Below are positions 27,774-36,691 of a stretch of DNA of 64,000 bases, piece by piece. The notes under the pieces are model-generated. The model ran no database searches. It had not been told where the DNA came from and saw nothing but the letters and a program-made list of their open reading frames with translations. This stretch comes from Oscillospiraceae bacterium. Lineage in GTDB: Bacteria; Bacillota; Clostridia; Oscillospirales; CAG-272. The number at the start of each line of letters is the position of its first letter. Positions within the stretch are counted from its first letter, which is position 1. The DNA lies in NCBI GenBank assembly GCA_015064725.1, contig SVRQ01000003.1, forward strand, positions 29,372 through 93,371, read 5' to 3'. The position numbers were made by a program, and so were the translations under genes.

Positions 27774-28605
27774 AGCTACAAAGTTTGAATATTTTACGAA
27801 AGGTATCGGAATATACCTTTCTATCTTCAGTTATGCTAGGATGAAAAACTTTTGCCGCAAGATAAGGATTGTTTTTTATCTTGAAAACTTTACCTTCCAA
27901 TCCAGATCCGATCTCTTCGTCAGTGACCACGGCAAGACCGTCCTTCGTATAAAGCACGGGTGCGGCAGTATTGAATTCGAAAGGACGGGCAACGAATTCC
28001 GTTGCCTGAGTCACTGTGGTCACATTACCCCCATCCTTCTTGTCTGAGTCCTTTTTGGACTCAGACTTGGGCGGGTTTTCGTGCTCGTATATGCTTTCGA
28101 TTGTGTAAGAATATGTATTAATAAGATGTAACGGGCGTTTGTGAGCTACAGCTGAACCAATAGCTTCATAGGCGTTTTTGAGCGCCTCTATGAGTTTTAC
28201 GTCTTGCGTGAATACGATTATGGGCCCGGAAAGTATGTTATGAACAACCTCGCGGATAATCACCTGGTCAGCGAAGGCATTTTTAATGTATGCCGTAGGC
28301 TTACCTGCTACGTGAATATAACCCTTGTCGAGCAATCCGGCAAGATTAACGAGCCTCTGTTTCGCGGTAAAAGAGAGCTGCAGATTGTCTTTTGCAAGTG
28401 CCTTTTTCTCCAATTCTTCCACTACCACCAAGGGTACTACTATGATAGGCATTTTCTTGTTTTCGATAGCGGGGATAATATAATCCGTCATTATGGAGTT
28501 GAAGTGGTCGCCCAAAATGAATGCAGTATCGAGAATGGAGAGTATGTTGCAGCCCAAAATATGGGAAAACGTGGTCTTGTTGAGGGGCTTATTGTTGACT
28601 TTCAT
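27664..28605 (-). CDS. PIN-like domain fused to a protein-kinase N-lobe only (possible truncated remnant)
   Basis: Start at MKVNNKPL with AAGGAG RBS. PIN-type acidic positions ILDT, VVEELE, FADQVI, FTQDVKL. After a K/S/D linker come the Gly-loop IGSGLEGKVF and the beta3 lysine AAKVF. The ORF stops about 59 aa later, before any HRD/DFG region. Confidence 0.6.
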   Translation of the reverse strand: MKVNNKPLNKTTFSHILGCNILSILDTAFILGDHFNSIMTDYIIPAIENKKMPIIVVPLVVVEELEKKALAKDNLQLSFTAKQRLVNLAGLLDKGYIHVAGKPTAYIKNAFADQVIIREVVHNILSGPIIVFTQDVKLIEALKNAYEAIGSAVAHKRPLHLINTYSYTIESIYEHENPPKSESKKDSDKKDGGNVTTVTQATEFVARPFEFNTAAPVLYTKDGLAVVTDEEIGSGLEGKVFKIKNNPYLAAKVFHPSITEDRKVYSDTFRKIFKLCSFKHSNIAFPIEVLFDKKENGIHIAFRTEAQYPSARK

Positions 28606-28642
28606 AGTGTGAATCTCCTTTATGTAAAAATATTTTTTGATT

Positions 28643-29251
28643 TTAAGCGACTTCGCATTTGGCGGAAGTGTTATGGATGACATCGATGATTTTGTTTTCT
28701 ACGTAATCGTACTTTGCACGAATATCATCGAAAACGGGGATCTCAATGAAGTTGTTATGAGAAAGTAGGACGGCACGGGTTTGTTTCGCAAGAAGCCTTA
28801 TTTCATCTCTCGATTCTTGACGATAAAGATTGCCGTTTTTGGTATCGTTTACAAGATCAACAGCGCTGTCGAAATAGAACACCGCATCGTAGAGGTTGAG
28901 TATTTCGTCATAATCAAAGAGCTTTTTATATTCCTCGGGCATATAGACTGCCAGTCCGGAAATAAGCGATCGATCCGCGATAAGCACCACGGTATCCGAG
29001 GTTGCTGCAGCGGCGTCTTTAGCTGACCCGATTTCTTGAAGCTGAAGCTTCATAACATCAAGCTGAAAGCCGATTGTACCTCCGGAACGGGTAGGGTTTG
29101 CTTGGAACAGCTTTGTTGCTGCCTCCTCCGCGAAGATGAATCGGTATCCGCGGATGGGGTGCTTAGTGAATTGGTTGCTGAGGTAGTTCAAAGTAGAGCT
29201 CTTACCGCTAAGAGGTCCTCCGTCAAAACCAATTATTATAGGCTTGTACAT
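28643..29251 (-). CDS. P-loop NTPase (AAA_28/NadR-kinase-like)
   Basis: IIGFDGGPLSGKSST Walker A, FAEEAAT, and a Walker-B-like VVLIADRS. AGGAGA RBS. Confidence 0.65.
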   Translation of the reverse strand: MYKPIIIGFDGGPLSGKSSTLNYLSNQFTKHPIRGYRFIFAEEAATKLFQANPTRSGGTIGFQLDVMKLQLQEIGSAKDAAAATSDTVVLIADRSLISGLAVYMPEEYKKLFDYDEILNLYDAVFYFDSAVDLVNDTKNGNLYRQESRDEIRLLAKQTRAVLLSHNNFIEIPVFDDIRAKYDYVENKIIDVIHNTSAKCEVA

Positions 29252-29285
29252 ATTTGTCTCCTTTCTTTTTTGAATTTCTGATTAA

Positions 29286-29314
29286 ATTATAAGATATGCA
29301 GGCATGGATGTCAA
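29286..29314 (-). promoter_or_regulatory. Consensus SigA promoter for the NTPase / PIN-kinase genes
   Basis: Minus strand reads TTGACA - 17 nt - TATAAT. The -35 is embedded in the inverted repeat GTCAA-nn-TTGAC. Confidence 0.65.
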
Positions 29315-29405
29315 AATTGACACCAAAGGCATTTCTTTTTGTTTTGTATGCTTTTTGTGAGTTTCTAAAAGAGTATTGGAAATCAAGTGCTTTTTAAAAC
29401 GGTGC

Positions 29406-29672
29406 TTAATAACTGAATACAACACTTTCCGGACGAAAGAGGTATATGTTGCCTTGAATATTGTCGGTACTCTTATTATTATCAAATGCCTTAATGATTG
29501 AAACAAGAAGTTGCGATTGCGAATCGAATAAGCTGTTACAGAAACCATACAAAAGATGTTCACCGTCTGTTGCTTCTAAAAACGAACCCTTTTTGTTTGT
29601 CCAAAGAACTTTCGCCTTAAGAGTATCATACCCCGAAACAATTCCATCCGCCTCATAATACTTAACAGCCAT
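29406..29672 (-). CDS. Hypothetical small protein (88 aa)
   Basis: AAGGAGG RBS 7 nt before the ATG. No recognisable motif. Confidence 0.55.
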   Translation of the reverse strand: MAVKYYEADGIVSGYDTLKAKVLWTNKKGSFLEATDGEHLLYGFCNSLFDSQSQLLVSIIKAFDNNKSTDNIQGNIYLFRPESVVFSY

Positions 29673-29699
29673 AATGTCCTCCTTTTTTTATCGTGGATG

Positions 29700-29725
29700 A
29701 AAAACAGAAGAATTTTCTGTTTTTT
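29700..29725. terminator. A/T-flanked hairpin (bidirectional terminator-like) 28 nt upstream of the 88-aa gene
   Basis: aaaacaga-agaattt-tctgtttt, with A5 before and T-run after on both strands. Confidence 0.5.
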
Positions 29726-29726
29726 C

Positions 29727-29991
29727 TGATTTCATTTTATCAAAAAAAATTAAATTTTGGAATTGCGCTGCCCATATCGTTTTCTTCTATTGTGAGTGTT
29801 TTTTGTGAGTTTGGTGAACTATATTAAGCAAAGGTTAAAGGTATGAATCACCTATATCCCCTGTGATATCATTTTATCAAAAAAATTAAATTTTGGAATT
29901 GCGCCGCCATATCGTTTTCTTGTATTGTGAGTGTTTTTTTGTGAGTTTGCTGAACTATATTAAGTGAAGGCCAAATGTATAAATCGCCTCC
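29727..29991. repeat. Tandem direct duplication of a non-coding unit of about 127 nt (period about 137 bp)
   Basis: Unit 1 is 29727-29853 and unit 2 is 29864-29991. The first ~105 nt are nearly identical (tgat.tcattttatcaaaaaaa.ttaaattttggaattgcgc...tattgtgagtgtttttt.gtgagttt.gtgaactatattaag). There is no conserved ORF on either strand. Confidence 0.9.
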
Positions 29992-30085
29992 AATGGTATA
30001 AATTACTATTTTAATTTGTAAAAAACAAAAAAACGAAGCTCTTCATTCTTTAATTCAAGTCTTTATACTTTAAATATGCATTTAT

Positions 30086-30116
30086 CCTCTGACGAATTAA
30101 CGTCAGGGGCTTTTTG
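30086..30116 (+). terminator. Orphan Rho-independent terminator (no upstream plus-strand ORF)
   Basis: cctctgacg-aattaa-cgtcagggg (9 bp including one G-U) followed by c-ttttt. Confidence 0.65.
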
Positions 30117-30150
30117 TGTACAATGTTCCTGCTAATATTAAGCTCATTTA

Positions 30151-30179
30151 TTGACTTTATCACTCCACCGTAGTAAAAT
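30151..30179 (+). promoter_or_regulatory. Promoter of the S8 peptidase gene
   Basis: TTGACT - 17 nt - TAAAAT, about 90 nt upstream of the ATG at 30269. Confidence 0.55.
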
Positions 30180-30268
30180 ATTATTAAGATTTAAACATAT
30201 CCGCTTTATGCAGATGGGTTGGGCATTTTGCGGATAAGACCCTACAACCCGACAATGAGGCAAAAACA

Positions 30269-33200
30269 ATGACTAAAACCTTAAAAAGAATTTTGGCATC
30301 TGTTATGACCTTGGCGTTTGCGATAAACGCAGGAACTGCGCTTGCAAGCACCGCCTTTGTGGAAGAAGAGCTTCCCACCGCCGAGGAAATAATAACAGAC
30401 GCCATCCAAACAAGCACTGATGATATCGCGGAATACAATGGTGATATCACAGACGAAAACGGCAAAATGATCGTTCCCTTTGACGTGGCATATCCCGAAG
30501 CGTTTGCAAGCGGTGATTTTGCATACGACACAAGTTCCTTGTTGATCAAAATGAGCATGGATTTTGACGGTGAGCTCACCGACGGTCTTCGTGATTGCGG
30601 TTTTTCTGCTATTGAGGAATTGTTTACCATATCGAATACCGTGTGGTACAAGGCGTTTATTGCGGAAGGTACTGATATTCATACTGCTATGGGTAATGCT
30701 CGTGAAAACGAAGAGATTTTACTGGCAGACTATGATTATATAGTTAAAACTGCATCGGTGGAAGAAAGCAGTACGCCCGTCATAGCGACATCCTCTGAAA
30801 CCCAATGGTGGGGAGGCAGTGTTGCGGGAAATAGCAGGATTTCCGAACAATGGTATCTCAATAGCTGCAACATACAGCAAGTATGGGCGGCATTGGAGGC
30901 AGAAGGCATCAATGCAGGTGGATCATCGTCTGTTATTGTAGCTGTCATTGATTCTGGAGTAGACTATACTCATCCTGACCTCACAAGCAGTATGTGGGTT
31001 AACAAAGGAGAAATTCCCGATAATGGTATCGATGACGACGGAAACGGGTACATAGATGATATATATGGTTGTAGCACCATTGGCAGTAAATACGACCATA
31101 ATGGTAACCCAATGGACGACAATGGTCACGGTACACACGTTGCAGGTATTATAGGTGCGTCAAACAATAAAGAGGGTATTGTAGGCATTGCCTATAATTG
31201 TAAAATAATGGCTATTAAGGCAGGGACTGAAATATTAAATACTTCCGATATTGCCGAGGCCATTCTTTATGCGTATGAAAATGGTGCTGAGGTTATCAAT
31301 ATGTCGTTCGGAGGAGCTACACCTAATTTAGCCATTCAAGAAGCATTGGAATTAGCTGCAACAAGAGCAATATTGGTCGCAGCGGCAGGCAATGATGGCA
31401 AACCAGATGTGGATGGATTTTATATAAAAGCATTACCTCATTTTCCTGCGAATTTGCAATATGTTATCGGAGTTATGAGTGTCAATCAAATGGGAATAGA
31501 GTCCCAGTTTTCAAACTGGGAGTTTAATGATACATATAATGTGTATGCTCCCGGTGAAGGCATATTGAGTACGTATCCTGGTGGAAAATATGTGCGGTTA
31601 AGTGGCACATCAATGGCTGCACCTATTGTTTCAGGAATTGCAGCATTATTACGATCTAAATATTCGGATAGAGACTCTTTCCCAGCAAAATATGTGACGG
31701 CACAGATATGCGCTACAGGCACCAAAGATGCTATTTGCTGTGATATTAACAAGCATGTTAGGCTTTTAGTGGATGGAAGTATTGGCTCCCCTCATGAAAC
31801 AGCTAAAATTGTAAATGCTTATGCTGCACTAATGACAGTCCCTAAGCCAGAAGTAACATTATACGATGCGTATATATTTGATGATAAAACAATATCCGAT
31901 TCAAACAATGGTGACGGATTTGTGGATGCGGGAGAAACTATTTATATCGGTGCCATTTTGCAGAATACATGGGGAATGTCAAAAGATACCATTGTTACAA
32001 TAAGTAGCACCGATCCATATGTGGAAATTATTCAAGCCTCCTCAAATTTCGATGGTGTTGGCACTTTCTCGTTAAAAGATCAGCTTGTTCGAAATAATAG
32101 TAATATTGTTGTTGGAACTAATGAACCGTTAATTGTGAAGATAAGCAAAGATTGTCCACATAATTATCTCGTTAAACTAAATTGTAATATCGTTTTTAAA
32201 AACGGATTAAATGAGAAGGATTCATCGAGTTATAACTCGTCACGCCCAATTACGTTTAAGACCATAAGAGCCACGGAAATTCCAACTATAATTGATAAGG
32301 ATATAACTTTGACCAACGAGCATCTGTATGTTTTGAAAGCGGACACATTTGTATTAAAGGATGTAACCATTACAATAGATGCCGGTGCCGTGATAGATAT
32401 GATGAGCAATTCGCTAACTGGATATGGAACAGTTTATTTTAATGGAACAGAAAATGAAAGGATTACTGTTACAAGCACCCCCATTCCAGGATCATCTCGC
32501 AATTCTACTTTTTCTATTCCTGAAGTAATAGTAAATTATACGGATATTGTTGAGGTAGGATCCTTTGGGTGTACCAGCTTCAATTATAGCACATTTACTT
32601 CAGGCGGTTCGAGTAGTCAGTGGTTTAGTGCAGATCATATATACGCTTCTACATTGCGTGATGCTAGTATAAGTGCAGGACTGGTTGAAAAATCAGAAAT
32701 TATTTATACAGATTATGCTAATCGTTACAGTGATTATAAAATAAAAGCTACCAGAGTTATTGAAACAAGTATGTTGAATGACTCTGATCGCCCCACATCT
32801 AAAATATATATTGCTGGTAGTAGCGAGGAGTGCAGATTTGTGGGACCTTGGAAATTTTTTGATAGTTCGAGTTTCGTACCGTCCAAAAATCTTTATTCAA
32901 AATGTATTTTTCAAAACAGTGCTATAGGAAATCCATATTACAGTTCTGGAGGGATGGTAGACAAATTTTTTGTTAATGATTCAACAAAAACAACTTATTT
33001 ATGTGTTCGCCTTGGACAAAGTCTACGTGTACATCCTCTTATCGGTGAGACTATAGCGAACCTGTTTGGGGGACATTTGCTTTGCATAGAATCAACTGAA
33101 GAGTATAATTGGTTAATTGAGCAGGGCGTGTCAGGACATTGCGGATTGGTATTTGGTAATGAAATGTGGTTAAACGGAGAGTCATTGGAGACTTTTATTG

Positions 33201-34828
33201 AAATCGTTGATTGGGGTAACCATGGGGCAGATACAACAATTTTAGGGGAATTCAACAACCTATCACTTAGCCAAGGTGGCGTTAGCGCAGCAGGTAAAAT
33301 TCTTTTCTATGATGATTATGATACTGGATATTACGATAAAGATGTCTATGTGATCGAAATAGTAAATTCGAATATTTCAAATATTACAGAAGCTAATGAT
33401 ATTTTGGCTGATTATATGGCATCAACTCGTGGTCAAATACGATTGGTTTATGATTGTTCCATAGTCAATAACTTGGCTAGTGGTCAAATCAATGCGCTGT
33501 CTAGTAATAATGTCGGTAACTATGAAGAAATTGTAACATTGAGTATAGACGGCTTATATTGGGGAACAACGGATGAAGAGATGATAGAATATCAAATTCT
33601 TCATTTTAACGATGAACCATATCGTCGTGATATACTTGATTATTCTGGTTATCTTACGGAGGCTCCCTCCGACACAATGCCATTTGTTGTTGATGCTTAC
33701 CTTCTTAACCAAAACGGTGCACGTGTTCGTACTGTCAACAACGAAACCGTGACCTTCGTGGTGGAGTTTAACCGAGATATGGATACGAGCGTTCCTTTGA
33801 AGGTATCTTTCGGTTCTTCTGCAGAATATTTCTACGAGGACTACAACATTTCGGAATACGGCAATTGGGTAACTCCTCAACGTTGGGAAGCAACATACAC
33901 CCTCAAGACCGTCATCGAAAACGGTAACCACACCATCAAGGTGGAAAACGCTCAAGCCGCAGACGATGAATATCTCAAGCTTTACGACATTCCCGGACGC
34001 TTTATGTTTGAAATTGATACTACTGCCGCTCAGGCACTTATTATGCAAGGCCATGCTACCGAAACTGGTATCCAGCTTTCGTGGACGCAGGATGATTTCG
34101 ATATTCTGATGGGATACAACGTATACCGCTCCGACCGAGAGGATGGTTATTATCAGCGTTTGAACACGTCTGTTATTCCTTTCGATCAAAAGGAATTTTT
34201 CGATGATACTGTAGAACCCGGCAAGGTTTATTATTACAACTTCACCGTTGTCAAGACAGACCTTACCGAATCGGAGCCTTCGGGTAAGATTTCGCTGATG
34301 TCTATGGATACGATGGCACCTAACATCTATCACTCCCCTGTTCGCTCGGGCTTTGTCGGCACGAATATCGTTGTCGGCGCCACCATCACCGATAACCTGA
34401 TGATACGCTCCGCGGCGCTTTATTGGCGCGTTATCGGTGAAAGCGATTGGCATAGATCCGATATGACCGCGCTTAATAGCTCCTATACGGGCGTTATCTA
34501 CGGCAACAGCGTAACGCTTTCGGGTGTTGAATATTACATAGAGGCTTTCGACGGCGTGAGCCATACATACAAAGGCTCTGCGGAAAATCCGTATCAAATA
34601 TCCGTTCAGCAGGCTGTGGATGCAAGTTCCCTTGGCGATGTTGACGGTGACGGTATCATAACTTCCAAGGATGCGCTTATGCTGATGCAGGCGGCAAACG
34701 ATCTTCTCAATCTCACGGAAGAGCAGTTCTTGCGCGCCGACATCAACAAGGATAAGGAGCTTTCCGCCGCAGAAGCTCTCCGTATCCTCCAATACGTAAG
34801 CGGAAAAATAACTACGATTACGGGTTAA
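30269..34828 (+). CDS. Secreted multidomain subtilisin-like (S8) serine peptidase with C-terminal dockerin
   Basis: Signal peptide MTKTLKRILASVMTLAFAINAGTALA. Catalytic triad AVIDSGVDYTHPDL / DDNGHGTHVAGII / LSGTSMAAPIVSG. C-type-lectin-like GGHLLCIESTEEYNWL. FN3-like LSWTQDD...GYNVYRSD...YYYNFTVV. Dockerin DVDGDGIITSKDALMLMQ...ADINKDKELSAAEALRILQYV. Confidence 0.9.
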   Translation: MTKTLKRILASVMTLAFAINAGTALASTAFVEEELPTAEEIITDAIQTSTDDIAEYNGDITDENGKMIVPFDVAYPEAFASGDFAYDTSSLLIKMSMDFDGELTDGLRDCGFSAIEELFTISNTVWYKAFIAEGTDIHTAMGNARENEEILLADYDYIVKTASVEESSTPVIATSSETQWWGGSVAGNSRISEQWYLNSCNIQQVWAALEAEGINAGGSSSVIVAVIDSGVDYTHPDLTSSMWVNKGEIPDNGIDDDGNGYIDDIYGCSTIGSKYDHNGNPMDDNGHGTHVAGIIGASNNKEGIVGIAYNCKIMAIKAGTEILNTSDIAEAILYAYENGAEVINMSFGGATPNLAIQEALELAATRAILVAAAGNDGKPDVDGFYIKALPHFPANLQYVIGVMSVNQMGIESQFSNWEFNDTYNVYAPGEGILSTYPGGKYVRLSGTSMAAPIVSGIAALLRSKYSDRDSFPAKYVTAQICATGTKDAICCDINKHVRLLVDGSIGSPHETAKIVNAYAALMTVPKPEVTLYDAYIFDDKTISDSNNGDGFVDAGETIYIGAILQNTWGMSKDTIVTISSTDPYVEIIQASSNFDGVGTFSLKDQLVRNNSNIVVGTNEPLIVKISKDCPHNYLVKLNCNIVFKNGLNEKDSSSYNSSRPITFKTIRATEIPTIIDKDITLTNEHLYVLKADTFVLKDVTITIDAGAVIDMMSNSLTGYGTVYFNGTENERITVTSTPIPGSSRNSTFSIPEVIVNYTDIVEVGSFGCTSFNYSTFTSGGSSSQWFSADHIYASTLRDASISAGLVEKSEIIYTDYANRYSDYKIKATRVIETSMLNDSDRPTSKIYIAGSSEECRFVGPWKFFDSSSFVPSKNLYSKCIFQNSAIGNPYYSSGGMVDKFFVNDSTKTTYLCVRLGQSLRVHPLIGETIANLFGGHLLCIESTEEYNWLIEQGVSGHCGLVFGNEMWLNGESLETFIEIVDWGNHGADTTILGEFNNLSLSQGGVSAAGKILFYDDYDTGYYDKDVYVIEIVNSNISNITEANDILADYMASTRGQIRLVYDCSIVNNLASGQINALSSNNVGNYEEIVTLSIDGLYWGTTDEEMIEYQILHFNDEPYRRDILDYSGYLTEAPSDTMPFVVDAYLLNQNGARVRTVNNETVTFVVEFNRDMDTSVPLKVSFGSSAEYFYEDYNISEYGNWVTPQRWEATYTLKTVIENGNHTIKVENAQAADDEYLKLYDIPGRFMFEIDTTAAQALIMQGHATETGIQLSWTQDDFDILMGYNVYRSDREDGYYQRLNTSVIPFDQKEFFDDTVEPGKVYYYNFTVVKTDLTESEPSGKISLMSMDTMAPNIYHSPVRSGFVGTNIVVGATITDNLMIRSAALYWRVIGESDWHRSDMTALNSSYTGVIYGNSVTLSGVEYYIEAFDGVSHTYKGSAENPYQISVQQAVDASSLGDVDGDGIITSKDALMLMQAANDLLNLTEEQFLRADINKDKELSAAEALRILQYVSGKITTITG

Positions 34829-34832
34829 TGCT

Positions 34833-36485
34833 ATGAAGAAAAAATTTTTATCTTTATTTTTAGCAACACTCTTAATGTTCATCGCTTTATCTCCCGCTAT
34901 TATGGCGGAAGATGAAGCCGTTCCGACTCCATCAATTTACGCAACCACAACAAGCACGTATACAGGAAATTACGCTTATATCACCATCAAAGCAAAGGAT
35001 TTTCAGAAGGTTGCAAGCCTTGATATCTCCCTTTTCTACGATAGCGAAATTATGAGCGTTAGCAGTTCCTCGATTTTATCTTTCGCTAGCGGAACACAGT
35101 ATTCCATAAACAGTACGACTCCGGGTGAAACGCACTTCAGTATGGTGGCAGTAAACGGGCTTGAAGGAAGCGGAGATATATTTCAGATTGGATTCAAGAT
35201 AAACTCCGGCGTTGCCGCAGGAAAATATCCCGTTATCGTTGCTGCGGGAAGTGCTTATGACATAACTCTTACTCCCGTTATGATCACAGCATCCAACGGT
35301 TACGTGGAAATAAACGAAGTTATGCAGACCACACCGAAAATATCGTTTTATTCAAACTCTGTATATTCATCTATGCAGGGCGACACGGTAAAAGTATCAT
35401 TTTCTGCTTCTGACCTTCGCAGTCTTGCGTCTGCGGATTTTGAAATCAATTATGATAAAGATATTCTTGGTTTGGAATCAATTGAGCTTGGAAGCAAGCT
35501 TACAAGTGCCGCCGGAGCTGTTTATTCGATAAACGATGGCACACCCGGGTATGCTAAAATTTCATATATCGCTATGAACGGGCTCACCGGTTACGTTGGA
35601 ACGGTAGTCACGTTGACATTCAAGGTGCTTGCAAACGAGGACACTGAGACATATGTTAAAATGAGGGTAAACGGTGTATGTGATTCACTTCTGAATACAA
35701 TGGAAGCTAACTCTCCCCAAGCAACTGTAACAGTGCAAAAAAGGCCTGTTAGTGTGATTTTGCCCAATATTTATATCGGGTCTTACGATGGAACGGAACA
35801 AGAATTCTCAATACCCGTTATCGCAGAAGGCAAGACTGCTTTGGCAGCAGGAGATTTTACTGTCGAATATGATGGAGATGTCTTTTCTTGCGTCGGAGCA
35901 ATAAACAGAAATGGTGATGTATTGATTGCCAACACTTCAAAATCGGGCAAGGTCACTTTCTCGTATATCTGCGAAAGCGGAATCGTGGAAGATAGCGAAA
36001 TAGCTTTCCTTACTTTTAAAAAGATAAATTCTTCCGTATGTTCCACGGATGTGACAATTTCGGGCAAAAATTTGGTCGATGCCAATTTCAACTCCATATC
36101 GGCTGAATATATTCCCTCCAAAATTGCTGTTCACACTAAAGGAACTCAAGTTGATTGCACATTAGACAAGTTTTGTACTGTATGTAATAAATTGATAGAG
36201 AAAAAATCCGATCATATTTATGATGACAAAAACGATATGATATGCAATAAATGCGGTCTTACAAAATATATCCCCGGCGATATGAACGGAGATAAAGAAG
36301 TGGATACAGACGATGCAATATACCTTCTTCGCCATGTGTTGTTGAGCTCTACTTATCCAATAAATCAACCCGGCGATGTTAATGGGGATGGTGCTTTAGA
36401 CACTGATGATGCGATATATCTGTTGCGTCACGTACTGCTTCCTAACTCCTATCCTCTCACTTCTCAGCAAGAGCATCTGCAGTGA
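34833..36485 (+). CDS. Scaffoldin-like protein: signal peptide, three or more cohesin-like modules, Cys-rich linker, C-terminal dockerin-like duplicated segment
   Basis: Repeated cohesin-type segments (ITIKAKDFQKVASLDISLFYDSEIMSV; VKVSFSASDLRSLASADFEINYDKDILGL; IPVIAEGKTALAAGDFTVEYDGDVFSC). Tail GDMNGDKEVDTDDAIYLLRHVLL...GDVNGDGALDTDDAIYLLRHVLL. Only 4 nt after the S8 stop. Confidence 0.8.
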   Translation: MKKKFLSLFLATLLMFIALSPAIMAEDEAVPTPSIYATTTSTYTGNYAYITIKAKDFQKVASLDISLFYDSEIMSVSSSSILSFASGTQYSINSTTPGETHFSMVAVNGLEGSGDIFQIGFKINSGVAAGKYPVIVAAGSAYDITLTPVMITASNGYVEINEVMQTTPKISFYSNSVYSSMQGDTVKVSFSASDLRSLASADFEINYDKDILGLESIELGSKLTSAAGAVYSINDGTPGYAKISYIAMNGLTGYVGTVVTLTFKVLANEDTETYVKMRVNGVCDSLLNTMEANSPQATVTVQKRPVSVILPNIYIGSYDGTEQEFSIPVIAEGKTALAAGDFTVEYDGDVFSCVGAINRNGDVLIANTSKSGKVTFSYICESGIVEDSEIAFLTFKKINSSVCSTDVTISGKNLVDANFNSISAEYIPSKIAVHTKGTQVDCTLDKFCTVCNKLIEKKSDHIYDDKNDMICNKCGLTKYIPGDMNGDKEVDTDDAIYLLRHVLLSSTYPINQPGDVNGDGALDTDDAIYLLRHVLLPNSYPLTSQQEHLQ

Positions 36486-36500
36486 AATTGAATATGTCAA

Positions 36501-36537
36501 AAAAGAGGTAGGACTTTTTATCCTACCTCTTTTAATT
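36501..36537 (+). terminator. Rho-independent terminator of the scaffoldin gene
   Basis: agaggtagga-cttttta-tcctacctct followed by tttaatt. Confidence 0.8.
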
Positions 36538-36691
36538 ATGTAAAATTCTTTTGTATCCAATTTGGCACTTTATATTTTGCGCAAAAATATTTTTGTTTAA
36601 ACATACATTAAATACAGCGAATTTTGCTCCGGTACGCATAAACATACATCAAAATATGTATATATTCACGCCAACAACAATTTGCAATAGA

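Noticed and set aside
29727-29991. Possible CRISPR array
   Set aside because: There are only two long (about 127-nt) adjacent copies, with no short repeat/spacer periodicity and no cas genes in the window.
33554-34882. 442-aa minus-strand ORF opposite the 3' part of the S8 peptidase gene
   Set aside because: It appears only where the S8 gene becomes G+C-richer. It has no RBS or motifs and crosses the S8/scaffoldin junction.
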